Below are positions 20,730 to 30,869 of a stretch of 64,000 nt of DNA, piece by piece. Numbering within the stretch: the first letter of the stretch is position 1; the number at the start of each line of letters is the position of its first letter. The notes under the pieces were generated by a model that worked only from the letters and a program-made list of their open reading frames with translations, ran no database searches and was not told where the DNA came from. Both the position numbers and the translations under genes were made by a program. Origin of the DNA: Candidatus Pacearchaeota archaeon (GTDB lineage: Archaea > Nanobdellota > Nanobdellia > Pacearchaeales > UBA284); NCBI GenBank assembly GCA_049699715.1, contig JBNAVB010000001.1, positions 808-64,807 of the forward strand. The letters are read 5' to 3'.

Positions 20730-20838
20730 GGGCCTGTAGTTCAGCGGTAGAATGCCTCCCTTGCACGTGAGGGAAGTGTCCCTTCACAACTCTCACTAAG
20801 AACGGAGGAGGTCGTGGGTTCGATTCCCACCGGGTCCA
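20730..20838 (+). tRNA. tRNA-Ala(TGC) with a 37-nt intron after position 37; no encoded CCA
   Basis: Acceptor GGGCCTG/CGGGTCC with the G3:U70 alanine identity pair, anticodon loop CTTGCA|intron|C, T-arm GTGGGTTCGATTCCCAC. Intron spans about 20766..20802. Confidence 0.85.
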
Positions 20839-21193
20839 TAATTTTCTACTGCTCTACTGCATGACAATATACGAGAGAGAAATCATGTTCATCAGCAACG
20901 TCGGAAACGTTGCAATTCTTCAGATGAATCACAAAATATGACGCTGGTAAGTGTAACTTGCCGGCCGAGTTGATGCTTAGAAAATCTTTTAGGAAAAGAT
21001 TTCCCAAGAAAATGAAACTTTTCTGAGCGCCGAAAATCTTTGATTTTCGAGCGTATCAAAAGAAATCTTTCCTGAAAAGGCAAATGAGATATCATAGTAA
21101 GAAAGCACAACAACTAGACATAAGTCTTTTTCATCTTCGAAAAAGATTTATCAAAGTGGTTGGAAGCGTTAAGCTTGATTAATTTATTAAACT

Positions 21194-24078
21194 GCTAGAC
21201 GGATGACTTGGCTTAGATTGTGATGAAGGACGCGGCAAGCTGCGATAAGCTTGAGGGAGCCGCATGCAGGCTTTGATCTCAAGGTCTCCGAATCTGAAAC
21301 AGATTGTTCGAAGAGAACAATATTCTTTGAGAAAGCATACGCTGGGAATTGAAACATCTTAGTACCGGCAGGAAAAGAAAATAATAATGATTCCCTTATT
21401 AGCAGCGAGCGAAGAGGGAACAAGGCAAACCGAATCCGCTAGGGAAACTTAGCGGAGATGTGGAGTTGGCCGGGTTACACCTAAGGTCATTGAGTTGAAG
21501 TCTCCTGGAAAGGAGCGCCGTAGAGAGTGATAGCCTCGTAAACAGGATGATTATGGTGAGTGCCCGTGTCCAAGAGTAGCGCGTCCCGGTTAGGACGCGT
21601 GAATATGGTTCTACTAAGAACTAACTTTAAATATGAATCTAAGACCGATAGCGCACTAGTACCGTGAGGGAATGTTGAAAAGTACTTCTAGCGAAGAGTG
21701 CAAAGACCTGAAATCTAGCAGTTATAGTCAGTTACTGCTCTCTACGGAGAGTTGTAACATACGTTTTGGAAAACGGGCCAAGGAGTTGATGTGAGTGGCA
21801 AGGTTAAGTTGCTATGCAACGGAACCAAAGCGAAAGCGAATGTTCGTATCGCAAGAAAGGAACAGTGTATGAAAATGCATTAGTCACTAGCATCAGACCT
21901 GAAACCAGGTGATCTACTCGCGAGCAGGATGAAGCTTCCCTAACGGGGAGTGGAGGTCCGAACAAGTGCTATGGGCAAGTGCTTTGATGACTTGTGAGTA
22001 GGGGTGAAAAGCCAATCTAACCTGGCGATGGCTGGTTCCTGCTGAAATATACTTTAGTATAGCCTCTTGTTAGTTGGCTATCATGGTAGAGCGACGGATG
22101 GGACATGCAGGCAAGTTTTCTTGTCGGTGTCCTTTCCAACTCCGAATGTGGTAGCAACGCAGCAAGGGAAACAGGTGTGCGGGGTAAGCTTGTACACCGA
22201 AACCGGAACAACGGAGACTAGAGTTAAGGTCCCAAAATGTTAACTAAGTGCTTTTGAAAGGAGTCTTGATTCTGAGACAGTTGGGAGGTAGGCTCAGAGG
22301 CAGCCACCCTTTAAAGAAAGCGTAACAGCTCACCTATCGAGAATCAGGGCACTGAAGATTGACGGGGCTAAGTTAACTACCGAGACTCTTGTGTTTTTCC
22401 TTCGGGAAAAACAGGTAAGCAGGCGTGCTGTCTGGGCAGAAGCCTCTTCGTAAGAAGGGGTGGACCGGATAGTAACGAGAATCTTGGCATTAGTAGGATC
22501 ATACTTACGTGAGAGCCGTAAGGGTCGTAAGAGCTAGGGTTCCTCGACAATATCGATTAGTCGAGGGTTAGTCGATCCTAACTGTGTACTTAACTGATAC
22601 ACGGGAAAATGGGGGGCATGTTAATATTCATGCGCTGCCTAGCATCGTTAAAGTTTTCGAGGACACTTCGAGATAAACAGAGTGTATCTGCAAAGACATT
22701 TCTTGCAAGAAGATTGTGGAGTATCGTAATGATGAGAAACGATTGAATTGCGAGAACGAAAGTCTGTTGATTCTTGGAGTCCGTGAAAAGTCGAAAATGA
22801 AGATGTTAGGCAATCGTACCTAGAACTTGCACTGGTGCTCTTGCTGAGAAGGCAAAGATCTGCAAGCTTAAAGCTGGTAAGGGAATTCGGCATATTGGTC
22901 CTGTAGCTTCGGTAGAAGGGATGCCTATATTCGTGTTTAGAAATTCTTAGATGCGAAGGTAGGTTGCAATAACAAGGATCGCCCGACTGTTTATCAAAAA
23001 CGTAGCCAAGTGCTAGGCCGAAAGGCTTCGTACACTTGGTGAGACCTGCCCAGTCGCGGTGTTTAAAACTCCTTTTCAAGGGAGCTAAGACCCGTGAAAC
23101 GGCGGGCCTAACTGTGAGGCTCTTAAGGTAGCGTAATACCTTGTCGTCTGAATGGCGACTTGCATGAATGGTTTAACGAGGTGGTCACTGTCCCTACCAG
23201 CGAGCTTCCGAACCTCTCATCCTGGTGCAAAGACCAGGGACGTCTAGTGGGAAGCGAAGACCTTGTGGACCTTTACTGCAACTTGTAGTTGTTTTTTGTA
23301 ATGAAATGCATAGAGTAGCTAGGAGAGATGAAGCGTAGCTTTGGCGAGGCGGATCGAAAGTGTAACACTAGCTATTTTTTTACAAGAGACTCACTTGAAA
23401 AAGGACAGCTACTGGCGGGCAGTTTGGCTGGGGCGGCACCCTTCCGAAAAGATATCGGAAGGGCCCAATGGTGAGCTCAGCGTAGTTGGAAACTATGTGT
23501 AGAGTGCAGAGGCAAAAGCTCGCCTGACTGTGACTCGCAAAGAGAGAGTCGCAGATACGAAAGTAGGGCTCAGCGAACCTTGATGCTCCTTTAGTGGGAG
23601 CTCAATGTGACAGAAAAGGTACCCCAAGGATAACAGGCTTGTCGCACCCGATAGTCCATATTGACGGTGCGGTTTGGTACATCGCCGTCGGCTCTTCCTA
23701 TCCTGGCTGTGCACAAGCAGCCAAGGGTGTCGGGGTTCACGCATTAAAAGGGATCGTTAGCTGGGTTAAGAACGTCGCGAGACAGTTTGTTTGATATCTA
23801 CTAGACGTGTTGTTGCCTGAGTGGAAGAAGCAAGTAGTACGAGAGGAACCTTGCTTCGAAGCCTCTGGTTTAGCGGTTGTCCTTATCGGGCAGGCCGCGC
23901 AGCTACGCTTTGACTGATAAGAGCTGAAAGCATCTAAGCTCGAAGCAGCCCGCAAAAATAGGCAACTAAGGCCGTTGAAGAAAACAACGTTGATAGAGTT
24001 GGGGTGTAAGGCCAAAGGCAACGATGGTTTCAGCCCGCAACTACTAAAAGCCTCTTTTTAACAAGTAAGGCTTCCAAT
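21194..24078 (+). rRNA. 23S ribosomal RNA (ends approximate)
   Basis: 5' GGATGACTTGGCTTAG...GAAGGACGCGGCAAGCTGCGATAAGC; internal sarcin-ricin loop region AGTACGAGAGGAAC; 3' region GATAGAGTTGGGGTGTAAGG...ACTACTAA. Confidence 0.85.
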
Positions 24079-24151
24079 CATCACATTGTGCATTTCTTAC
24101 TATGATGTCGATGCTTTTTTGATTTTTTAAATTACTAAAGAAGAAAAATTT

Positions 24152-24472
24152 TTAGATGAACCTTCTAACTTTCTTAATCGTTCCTGAAACTCCTACACAT
24201 TCTAAATCTGTAAGAGTGAGAGAAGCTTTAACCTTATCAACCAATTTTGTAACAATGCTGATTATAGCATAATTTTTCCTGAGTTCTATAAAGAGCACTC
24301 CCGCTTTAGCATAGCCATAAATGCCGATGAAATCCAAGATTGCCTTGTCTATCTTCTCTTTCAACTCGTTTTCGTTCAGCACTTTTTTTGACTTGATGAC
24401 AAGATAATGCCTTTTCTCTCGCAATGTTGGCAAAAGTTTAAGTTTTTTCTCGATTGGTTTCTGTTTCTTCAT
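24152..24472 (-). CDS. RNase P protein component 2 (Pop5/Rnp2 homolog); start taken at an internal Met to avoid overlap
   Basis: LPTLREKRHYLV...GYAKAGVLFIE...LECVGVSGTIKKV parallels archaeal Pop5 (LPPTLRDKKRYIAF...LGTSGTLK). Confidence 0.6.
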   Translation of the reverse strand: MKKQKPIEKKLKLLPTLREKRHYLVIKSKKVLNENELKEKIDKAILDFIGIYGYAKAGVLFIELRKNYAIISIVTKLVDKVKASLTLTDLECVGVSGTIKKVRRFI

Positions 24473-24489
24473 TTTTTCTTTTTTTATTT

Positions 24490-24801
24490 TCACTCGGGCC
24501 CGCATTTGCCCTTGATGCAAGTGCAATTGCTAATTTTACAGTTATAGAGCGCTGTGCATATAAGCTGATTTTGTGGCGGGCAATCTTTTAGCTTGTCTTC
24601 ATAGACACTCGCCAAACCTCTAGGAACACATTGTTCTGTGCCTCCTGAATTGCAAGGGCAGCATGTTATCTGAACTTTTACACAATCGTTGTCTGTGAGA
24701 CACTCGGCTTGTGGCGCACATCCACTTGCGCCAACAACCGCGAGAAGTAAAAGAATAAATGATAAAAAAAGCACGATTGTTGAAAGTCTCATATTTATCA
24801 T
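24490..24801 (-). CDS. Small secreted cysteine-rich protein (signal peptide + 14 Cys)
   Basis: N-terminal hydrophobic signal (LSTIVLFLSFILLLLAVVGASG), then a Cys-dense 75-aa region (CxxxxxC..CCPC..C..C..C..C.C.C..C). Immediately downstream of the giant surface protein on the same strand. Confidence 0.45.
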   Translation of the reverse strand: MINMRLSTIVLFLSFILLLLAVVGASGCAPQAECLTDNDCVKVQITCCPCNSGGTEQCVPRGLASVYEDKLKDCPPQNQLICTALYNCKISNCTCIKGKCGPE

Positions 24802-24892
24802 CTGTTAATAAGAGCGAGAGGATTAAAAAAAGTTTCCCTTTTAATTGTTAAGATATGTGAAAAATGATTGAAAAGTGATGTTTGTCGGGCAA

Positions 24893-27800
24893 TCATGTCA
24901 TTGCTGCGCGGAATGCAGCTTCTATTGCTTCTTTAGGCCAACCTGCTTCCTGGAGCTTGGCTACGATTTCTTGTTTTGTCGCGCCCGTCGTTAAGGCATC
25001 GCGAATATAACTTGTAAGCTCAGGGTACGCCTCGGCTTTTGCTTGTGCTCCCGCCCCTTTCTTCGCCGAGGGGATTATGACAAATATGATGACTACAACT
25101 GCTATAGCCGCTATAACAACGCTAATGACCACATACACAAGCCATCCTATTGCCGGCTTTTCTTCTATTACATAAACTGAATTAAGGATCATATCAAGAT
25201 CAGCGCCAGTCCATCCGAACTGCTGAAGCTGCTGTTTCATCTCAGCTCTTGATGCGCCTTGCTGAGCTCTGGTCTGAACATATTCTGTAATAATACTTAT
25301 GTCACAAGTCCTCTGGGCTGATGGGATTGTTGAATAAGGATCGCTCGTGTTACATGTCGTGCTCATTAGATCACATTGTCTTGTCTGCGTGGCTTGTGGC
25401 CTGCATGGCAATGGCTGCCATTCGCTACAACTGTAATCATTTTCAGAACAAGGCAGCGCAGCTGCGCATGATTGTGTTTGGGTTATTGCTTTAAATTGAG
25501 GACAAGAAGCGGTTCCTATGTAAGTACAATTAACAATTCTTGTTTGGATTCCCCCAATGCATGAGCTCCAGTTTGAAATAACTGGCGCGTCAGTACAGTT
25601 ATAGAAAGTATCGTTGCAATCTGTTGGCGCGCCCGCAACTCCAACATAGAAAGGAGTTGAAACTTGATGAATTAAAGTTTCGTTGACAGGAACTTGAACA
25701 GGCTTGTAGCGCACACGAACTGTTAAAGAGTAAGTTCCATTCTGTGTCGGCGCCTTGAAATTGCCAAATATAGTTTTATTTAGTCTCACTGTGTAGATAT
25801 TGTTCCAATCGCGGCATTTGCATAATGCTGTATTGCATGAGTTACTTGAGGTGTCAAGACAAGCGGTATAGCCTGCATTATTGCCATAGCATGCATCATA
25901 CAATTGGATTATTTGTCCTTCGACACTTGCCTGGCAATATCCTTCTGTTCGATTCCATTTCTGGGTTTCTGATTGCGAAATGAAATTGCCTAGCTCGAGA
26001 GTGGCATTGGCGGTACAATTTTCCCAGCACTCTTGATCTTGAGGACAAGTTAGCTGCTCACCATAATATTTCCCAAAACCTGCTCCTGTAGCGCAGCAGT
26101 GCCCTTTTCTTGAGCATGCTGTCGAAGGTTCTTGGCTTCCATATTTCCAAAGTTCGACATTATCAAAATACACGCGTTGACCATAATAATTGTAGTTGTC
26201 TATCTTGCCATGCGATACAAGCCATATTTCTGTTATTGTATCTTCAGGACTTCCACCGTGCTGTGTCCAGTCATCAAACAAATTAGCCCCGTCATTCAAT
26301 ACTTTATCAGCTGGAGGAACCGTCTTATTCACGCAAGCATCTCCGTAAGGGCATGCCGATGCCGCCCCCCCTCCTAAATTATACCAGTAGTGCAGTGCTC
26401 TTTCAGCATTCTGAGAAGTCTTGCCTTTAACAATAATTTCAAATGCGTAGCCAGTTCCAGGTGTTGTTGCTGGATCTAAAGCTACGCTCCATTTCAATTG
26501 CTTTTCTGTTTGGAAATATAATTCTGGTAACTTTTCTTTTTTATTTTCTTCTTTAGGCAAATTTGGCAAATTCGATAACGTTACTGCTGCATCTCCTGAA
26601 GGAGCCGTAGCACATTCATCAGGCGAGTCAAAATAAATACAAATGCTTTTGCTTGCTGTAGCAATTCGATCATTGTAGGTGCCTATTACAGTTAGTGTTG
26701 TTCTGCCAGCAACTGTTGGTGTAAATTTCGATTTTCCATTAGACGTGATGTTAGCAAGTATGCCTTTAACTGGAGACTGAGCCCATGCAAATGTTGCTTG
26801 ATTTGTTACGTCTACGTTGTCTACTATCATAGAGGCATTAAAAATACTCACGTTTGAATTGCCCCATGCTGTTTTTGTGCCATTATTTTCATCAAATTTG
26901 AATTCAGCAACAAGCCCATTTCTTATATCTATGCCATTGTATCTTGCTGTTACTTCATCAGCAGAGAGTGCCCTAGTGTAAATCCTTACTTCATCAATTG
27001 TGCCGTTGAAATATTCTAAAATAAGATCATTTCCTATTATGCTCCAATTTATTGGAAGTGATGAAAAGCTTGTAAAGTTATCCGGGGTGCCATTTAAGTA
27101 TAAAGCCATATGTGTGCCATTCGATGTCAAAACAACGTGATACCATTGATTAATATTTAAACTAGTTTTACCGATAAGTGTATCGCCCCCCCAGTGAAAA
27201 AAAGATAATTTGTTTCCTTTAAGGAAAAAACCATAACGATTATTTTGTGCAACAATGGTACTATATTGATCTGGAGACCTAAATTTTAAAGGATATATCC
27301 AGGATTCTATAGTGTATTTATTAGTAATAGTAATCGGTCCAAAAACCACTTTAGACTCATTGGAATTTAAATTGAACTGCAAGGCATTTCCTTCTTTACC
27401 TGTTGTCCAGTTTGCTCCGGAAATTGTCCCATATTTAACTTTTATATTATCTCGGCCAGTAATTGTTACATATTGGGTTGGTTTTGTAAGTTCCTTAACT
27501 TTAAAAGCCCTTGTGCCAAGTGCTTGAACAACAGAGATGTTTGAATTAGTTTCAGATGAGATGGTTGAGTCTAAGAATAAAGCATTTTCAAAAAGGACAT
27601 CTCCAGTAGTGTTAACTACTTGAGACTCTATGCCGGCATTGCCCATATCAATGTTAGAAGCAAAGGTAAACCAGCCTGGGAACAATGCCGCATTGAATTT
27701 GCTATTTAAGATAACTTGCTTACAGTTTGCGCCTGCTTTCAAGCAGCAAGTTCCTTCTGGATCTGCATCAATCAAATTACATGTGCCATCACTATAATTG

Positions 27801-28183
27801 TGCCATGCTACAAGAGAATTGTCTGGGCAGATGTAGTGTGTGGAACAGTTTGGCAGGTTAGCTGAAACAAAAATGTCAATTTTTGTGGCTGCTGGCAATA
27901 TATCTTCTACATCCACTTGTAGAGAGATATTTCCTTTCAACCTTTCCGAGGCATTATACTGAATTTTTTCGAGCTGTATTGAAGAGAGTGCTTTGCCTGT
28001 AAGCTGCTCTGTGTTCTCTTCGGGAGCCTTGAATAAAATTATCACTGCAAGGAGAATTAATATTAAAAATAAACTGATTATGGCCTTCTCTAAAGTATTG
28101 TTCTGAGGTTGGTTCTGATATTGAGAAGCCCCTAGGGACTTAACTTTCGGCTTAACTTTTAATTTCTTTTTTAATGCCGCCAT
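24893..28183 (-). CDS. Giant (1096 aa) cell-surface protein: N-terminal signal anchor, LamG/ConA-like lectin domain, Cys-rich regions, C-terminal TM helix and short cytoplasmic tail; very many N-glycosylation sequons
   Basis: N-terminal helix IISLFLILILLAVIILF; LamG hallmark IDEVRIYTRALSADEV; over 30 N-x-S/T sequons; C-terminal TM IGWLVYVVISVVIAAIAVVVIIFVII followed by a 56-aa tail. Confidence 0.6.
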   Translation of the reverse strand: MAALKKKLKVKPKVKSLGASQYQNQPQNNTLEKAIISLFLILILLAVIILFKAPEENTEQLTGKALSSIQLEKIQYNASERLKGNISLQVDVEDILPAATKIDIFVSANLPNCSTHYICPDNSLVAWHNYSDGTCNLIDADPEGTCCLKAGANCKQVILNSKFNAALFPGWFTFASNIDMGNAGIESQVVNTTGDVLFENALFLDSTISSETNSNISVVQALGTRAFKVKELTKPTQYVTITGRDNIKVKYGTISGANWTTGKEGNALQFNLNSNESKVVFGPITITNKYTIESWIYPLKFRSPDQYSTIVAQNNRYGFFLKGNKLSFFHWGGDTLIGKTSLNINQWYHVVLTSNGTHMALYLNGTPDNFTSFSSLPINWSIIGNDLILEYFNGTIDEVRIYTRALSADEVTARYNGIDIRNGLVAEFKFDENNGTKTAWGNSNVSIFNASMIVDNVDVTNQATFAWAQSPVKGILANITSNGKSKFTPTVAGRTTLTVIGTYNDRIATASKSICIYFDSPDECATAPSGDAAVTLSNLPNLPKEENKKEKLPELYFQTEKQLKWSVALDPATTPGTGYAFEIIVKGKTSQNAERALHYWYNLGGGAASACPYGDACVNKTVPPADKVLNDGANLFDDWTQHGGSPEDTITEIWLVSHGKIDNYNYYGQRVYFDNVELWKYGSQEPSTACSRKGHCCATGAGFGKYYGEQLTCPQDQECWENCTANATLELGNFISQSETQKWNRTEGYCQASVEGQIIQLYDACYGNNAGYTACLDTSSNSCNTALCKCRDWNNIYTVRLNKTIFGNFKAPTQNGTYSLTVRVRYKPVQVPVNETLIHQVSTPFYVGVAGAPTDCNDTFYNCTDAPVISNWSSCIGGIQTRIVNCTYIGTASCPQFKAITQTQSCAAALPCSENDYSCSEWQPLPCRPQATQTRQCDLMSTTCNTSDPYSTIPSAQRTCDISIITEYVQTRAQQGASRAEMKQQLQQFGWTGADLDMILNSVYVIEEKPAIGWLVYVVISVVIAAIAVVVIIFVIIPSAKKGAGAQAKAEAYPELTSYIRDALTTGATKQEIVAKLQEAGWPKEAIEAAFRAAMT

Positions 28184-28364
28184 CTTCCCCTTTTATAATA
28201 AAGTGCGTTATAGTAAGGTGTCTATCTCCCTTTAAATACATTTCGTTGATAAAATAGTCAAAAAAAGGAGGCAAGATTTTTAATTAATAAAGAAGTTAAA
28301 AAGTAGCAAAGTAGCCAAAACCAGTTAAAGTAAGATTTAAAAAAACTCTTTGCTTTGTGGATAG

Positions 28365-30791
28365 ATGGTAAAAAAAGAGACAAAAGAGAAAGATATAGAA
28401 AAATCTAAGAGAAAGAAAAGTGATAAGGGAGGGGGGAATTTTAATTTTGACATCAGAGAGATAGAAAGGAAATGGCGAGATTACTGGGAAAAGGAGCGGG
28501 TCTACAGATTCGACGCGAAGAAGAAAATTGCTTTCTCTATTGACACGCCGCCACCAACGGTTTCAGGCAAGATGCATATCGGGCATGCTTTTTCTTATGC
28601 GCAACAAGATTTTATTGCAAGATTTCGAAGAATGTTTCATGGCAATATTTTTTATCCTTTCGGCACAGATGACAATGGGTTGCCAACCGAGCGACTTGTT
28701 GAGAAAATTAACAATGTAAAAAGCAAAAATATGTCACGAGCAGATTTCATTGATTTGTGTTTAAAAACTTTAGCCAAAACAAGAAAAGATTTCATACAGG
28801 ACTGGAAAGACTTGGCAATATCGTGCGACTATGACCTTTATTATTCAACTATCGATAAACACTGCCAAAGAATCAGCCAAAAATCGTTCATCGAGCTGTA
28901 CAAGAAAGGGCTAATTTACAAAGCCGAATTTCCAACAATCTTCTGCGTTGAATGCCAGACGCCTGTTGCACAAGCTGAACTTGAAGACAAGCAGGAACAA
29001 GCATTATTCACAACAATAGCTTTCCAAATCAAAGGTTCGAAATCGAGCGTCGATATAGCAACAACAAGGCCCGAATTTCTGGCTTCCTGCCTTGCAATTT
29101 TTGTAAATCCTAAAGATTCGCGATACAAGAAACTCGTTGGTAAAAAAGTTATCGTGCCGGTGTTTGGGCAAGAGGTTCCGATTCTTGAAGACGATTCAGC
29201 AGACATGACAAAAGGCACTGGGGCAATGATGATTTGTTCTTACGGAGACAAATATGATGTTGAAGCGATAAAGAGAAAGAAACTCAAGCCAAAAATTATT
29301 TTTAATAATGATGGCACGATGAACGAGTTTGGAGGAAAGTTCAAAGGAATGAAAATAAAAGCCGCGAGAGAAGCTATATTGAAAGAGCTTGAAGAGAAAA
29401 AGCTTATTGTCAAACAGGAGAAAATTATGCATTCCGTGAATGTGCATGACAAGTGCGGCACGCCTATCGAGTTTTTGACAACAAGGCAGTGGTTTATTAA
29501 AATCCTCGACAAGAAAAAAGAATTGATAGAGCAAGGAAGAAAAATTAAATGGTTTCCAAATTTTATGGTAAAGCGCTATGAAAACTGGATTAACGGCTTG
29601 GAGTGGGACTGGAGTGTTTCAAGAGAGAGGCACTTTGGGGTGCCTATTCCAGTGTGGCAGTGCAAAAAATGTAAAGAGGTTATTTTGCCTGATGAAGAGC
29701 AGCTTCCAGTCGACCCATTGAAAGATAAGCCTTCAGGGAAATGCAAATGCGGTTCAAGTGACTTCGAAGCTGAGCAAGATGTTCTTGACACTTGGGCTAC
29801 AAGCTCATTGACACCTGAACTTGCTTTATCGTTAATAACAAAAAAGCCAGAAAAATTGTTGCCTATGGACTTAAGGCCGCAAGCTCACGACATTATAAGG
29901 ACATGGGCTTTCTATACTATTGTTAAGGTGTTTTATCATTACAACAAGATTCCTTGGGAAAATATAATGATATCTGGCTTCGTTACACTTGGCGGAGAGA
30001 AAATGTCAAAATCAAAAGGGATTATAATAGAGCCTCATAATATTATGGAAAAATTCGGAACAGATGCCCTTAGATTCTGGGCGGCAAGTGCGAAATTAGG
30101 AGAGGATTTGGAATATCAGGAGAAAGATTTGCTCACAGGGCAGAGAACCATCACAAAATTATGGAATGCCGCAAAATTTGTCTCGCTTAATTTAAAAAAT
30201 GTGCCTAAACCAAAAATTTTAGAGGTATTTGACTTGTGGCTTCTCTCGAAATTAAACAAGGCTGTAAAAGAATGTACCGAGGCATTTGAAAATTATGAGT
30301 ATTCCAAGGCGAAGGCAGCGACAGAACATTTTTTTTGGAAAGTTTTTTGCGACAACTATCTCGAGATTATCAAAAAAAGGATTTATCAAGGAAACGCACA
30401 AGAGAAAATTTCAGCGCGATATACTTTATACAATGCTTTTTTAACCATCCTCAAACTTTTCGCCCCTATAATGCCACATATAACAGAAGAATTGTATCAG
30501 CAATATTTCAAAACAAATGAGAAAGTCAAGAGTATTCATCTATGCAAATGGCCGAAGCATGATGAAGGATTTATTGACGATAAAATTGAAAAAGTGGGTG
30601 ATATGGCTTGTGAGATAATCAATAATGTGAGACAATTCAAGTCAAAAAATCAGAAATCACTGAAAACAGAGGTTATTTTAACAATTGAGAAGGAAAAACT
30701 CGGAGAATTGAAGCCCATTCTTGAGGATTTAAAAGCCGTAACCCGCGCAAGAGAGATAAAAGAGGGGAAATTCTCAATCCAATTGCTGTAG
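28365..30791 (+). CDS. valS: Class Ia aminoacyl-tRNA synthetase, most likely valyl-tRNA synthetase
   Basis: HIGH region TPPPTVSGKMHIGHA (cf. ValRS PPPNVTG.LH.GHA), CP1 editing motif IATTRPEF (TTRPET), KMSKSKG, and a Cys4 knuckle CKKC...CKC. 808 aa is short for ValRS, so Leu or Ile cannot be fully excluded by eye. Confidence 0.6.
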   Translation: MVKKETKEKDIEKSKRKKSDKGGGNFNFDIREIERKWRDYWEKERVYRFDAKKKIAFSIDTPPPTVSGKMHIGHAFSYAQQDFIARFRRMFHGNIFYPFGTDDNGLPTERLVEKINNVKSKNMSRADFIDLCLKTLAKTRKDFIQDWKDLAISCDYDLYYSTIDKHCQRISQKSFIELYKKGLIYKAEFPTIFCVECQTPVAQAELEDKQEQALFTTIAFQIKGSKSSVDIATTRPEFLASCLAIFVNPKDSRYKKLVGKKVIVPVFGQEVPILEDDSADMTKGTGAMMICSYGDKYDVEAIKRKKLKPKIIFNNDGTMNEFGGKFKGMKIKAAREAILKELEEKKLIVKQEKIMHSVNVHDKCGTPIEFLTTRQWFIKILDKKKELIEQGRKIKWFPNFMVKRYENWINGLEWDWSVSRERHFGVPIPVWQCKKCKEVILPDEEQLPVDPLKDKPSGKCKCGSSDFEAEQDVLDTWATSSLTPELALSLITKKPEKLLPMDLRPQAHDIIRTWAFYTIVKVFYHYNKIPWENIMISGFVTLGGEKMSKSKGIIIEPHNIMEKFGTDALRFWAASAKLGEDLEYQEKDLLTGQRTITKLWNAAKFVSLNLKNVPKPKILEVFDLWLLSKLNKAVKECTEAFENYEYSKAKAATEHFFWKVFCDNYLEIIKKRIYQGNAQEKISARYTLYNAFLTILKLFAPIMPHITEELYQQYFKTNEKVKSIHLCKWPKHDEGFIDDKIEKVGDMACEIINNVRQFKSKNQKSLKTEVILTIEKEKLGELKPILEDLKAVTRAREIKEGKFSIQLL

Positions 30792-30869
30792 CTTAATTCA
30801 GAGAAATTTTTAAACTCCCAATTATTAATCCAAATATAAAATAAAAAAATGAAATAGATAAAATAGAAA

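Noticed and set aside
24079-24151. Possible 5S rRNA downstream of 23S
   Set aside because: The 73-bp gap before the Pop5 gene is too short and lacks 5S features; 5S is presumably encoded elsewhere.
26132-29791. Internal or antisense ORFs within the giant surface-protein gene and valS (26132..26377, 27312..27527, 28528..28719, 28916..29218, 29196..29534, 29240..29512, 29576..29791)
   Set aside because: Embedded in longer, better-supported CDSs; shadow ORFs.
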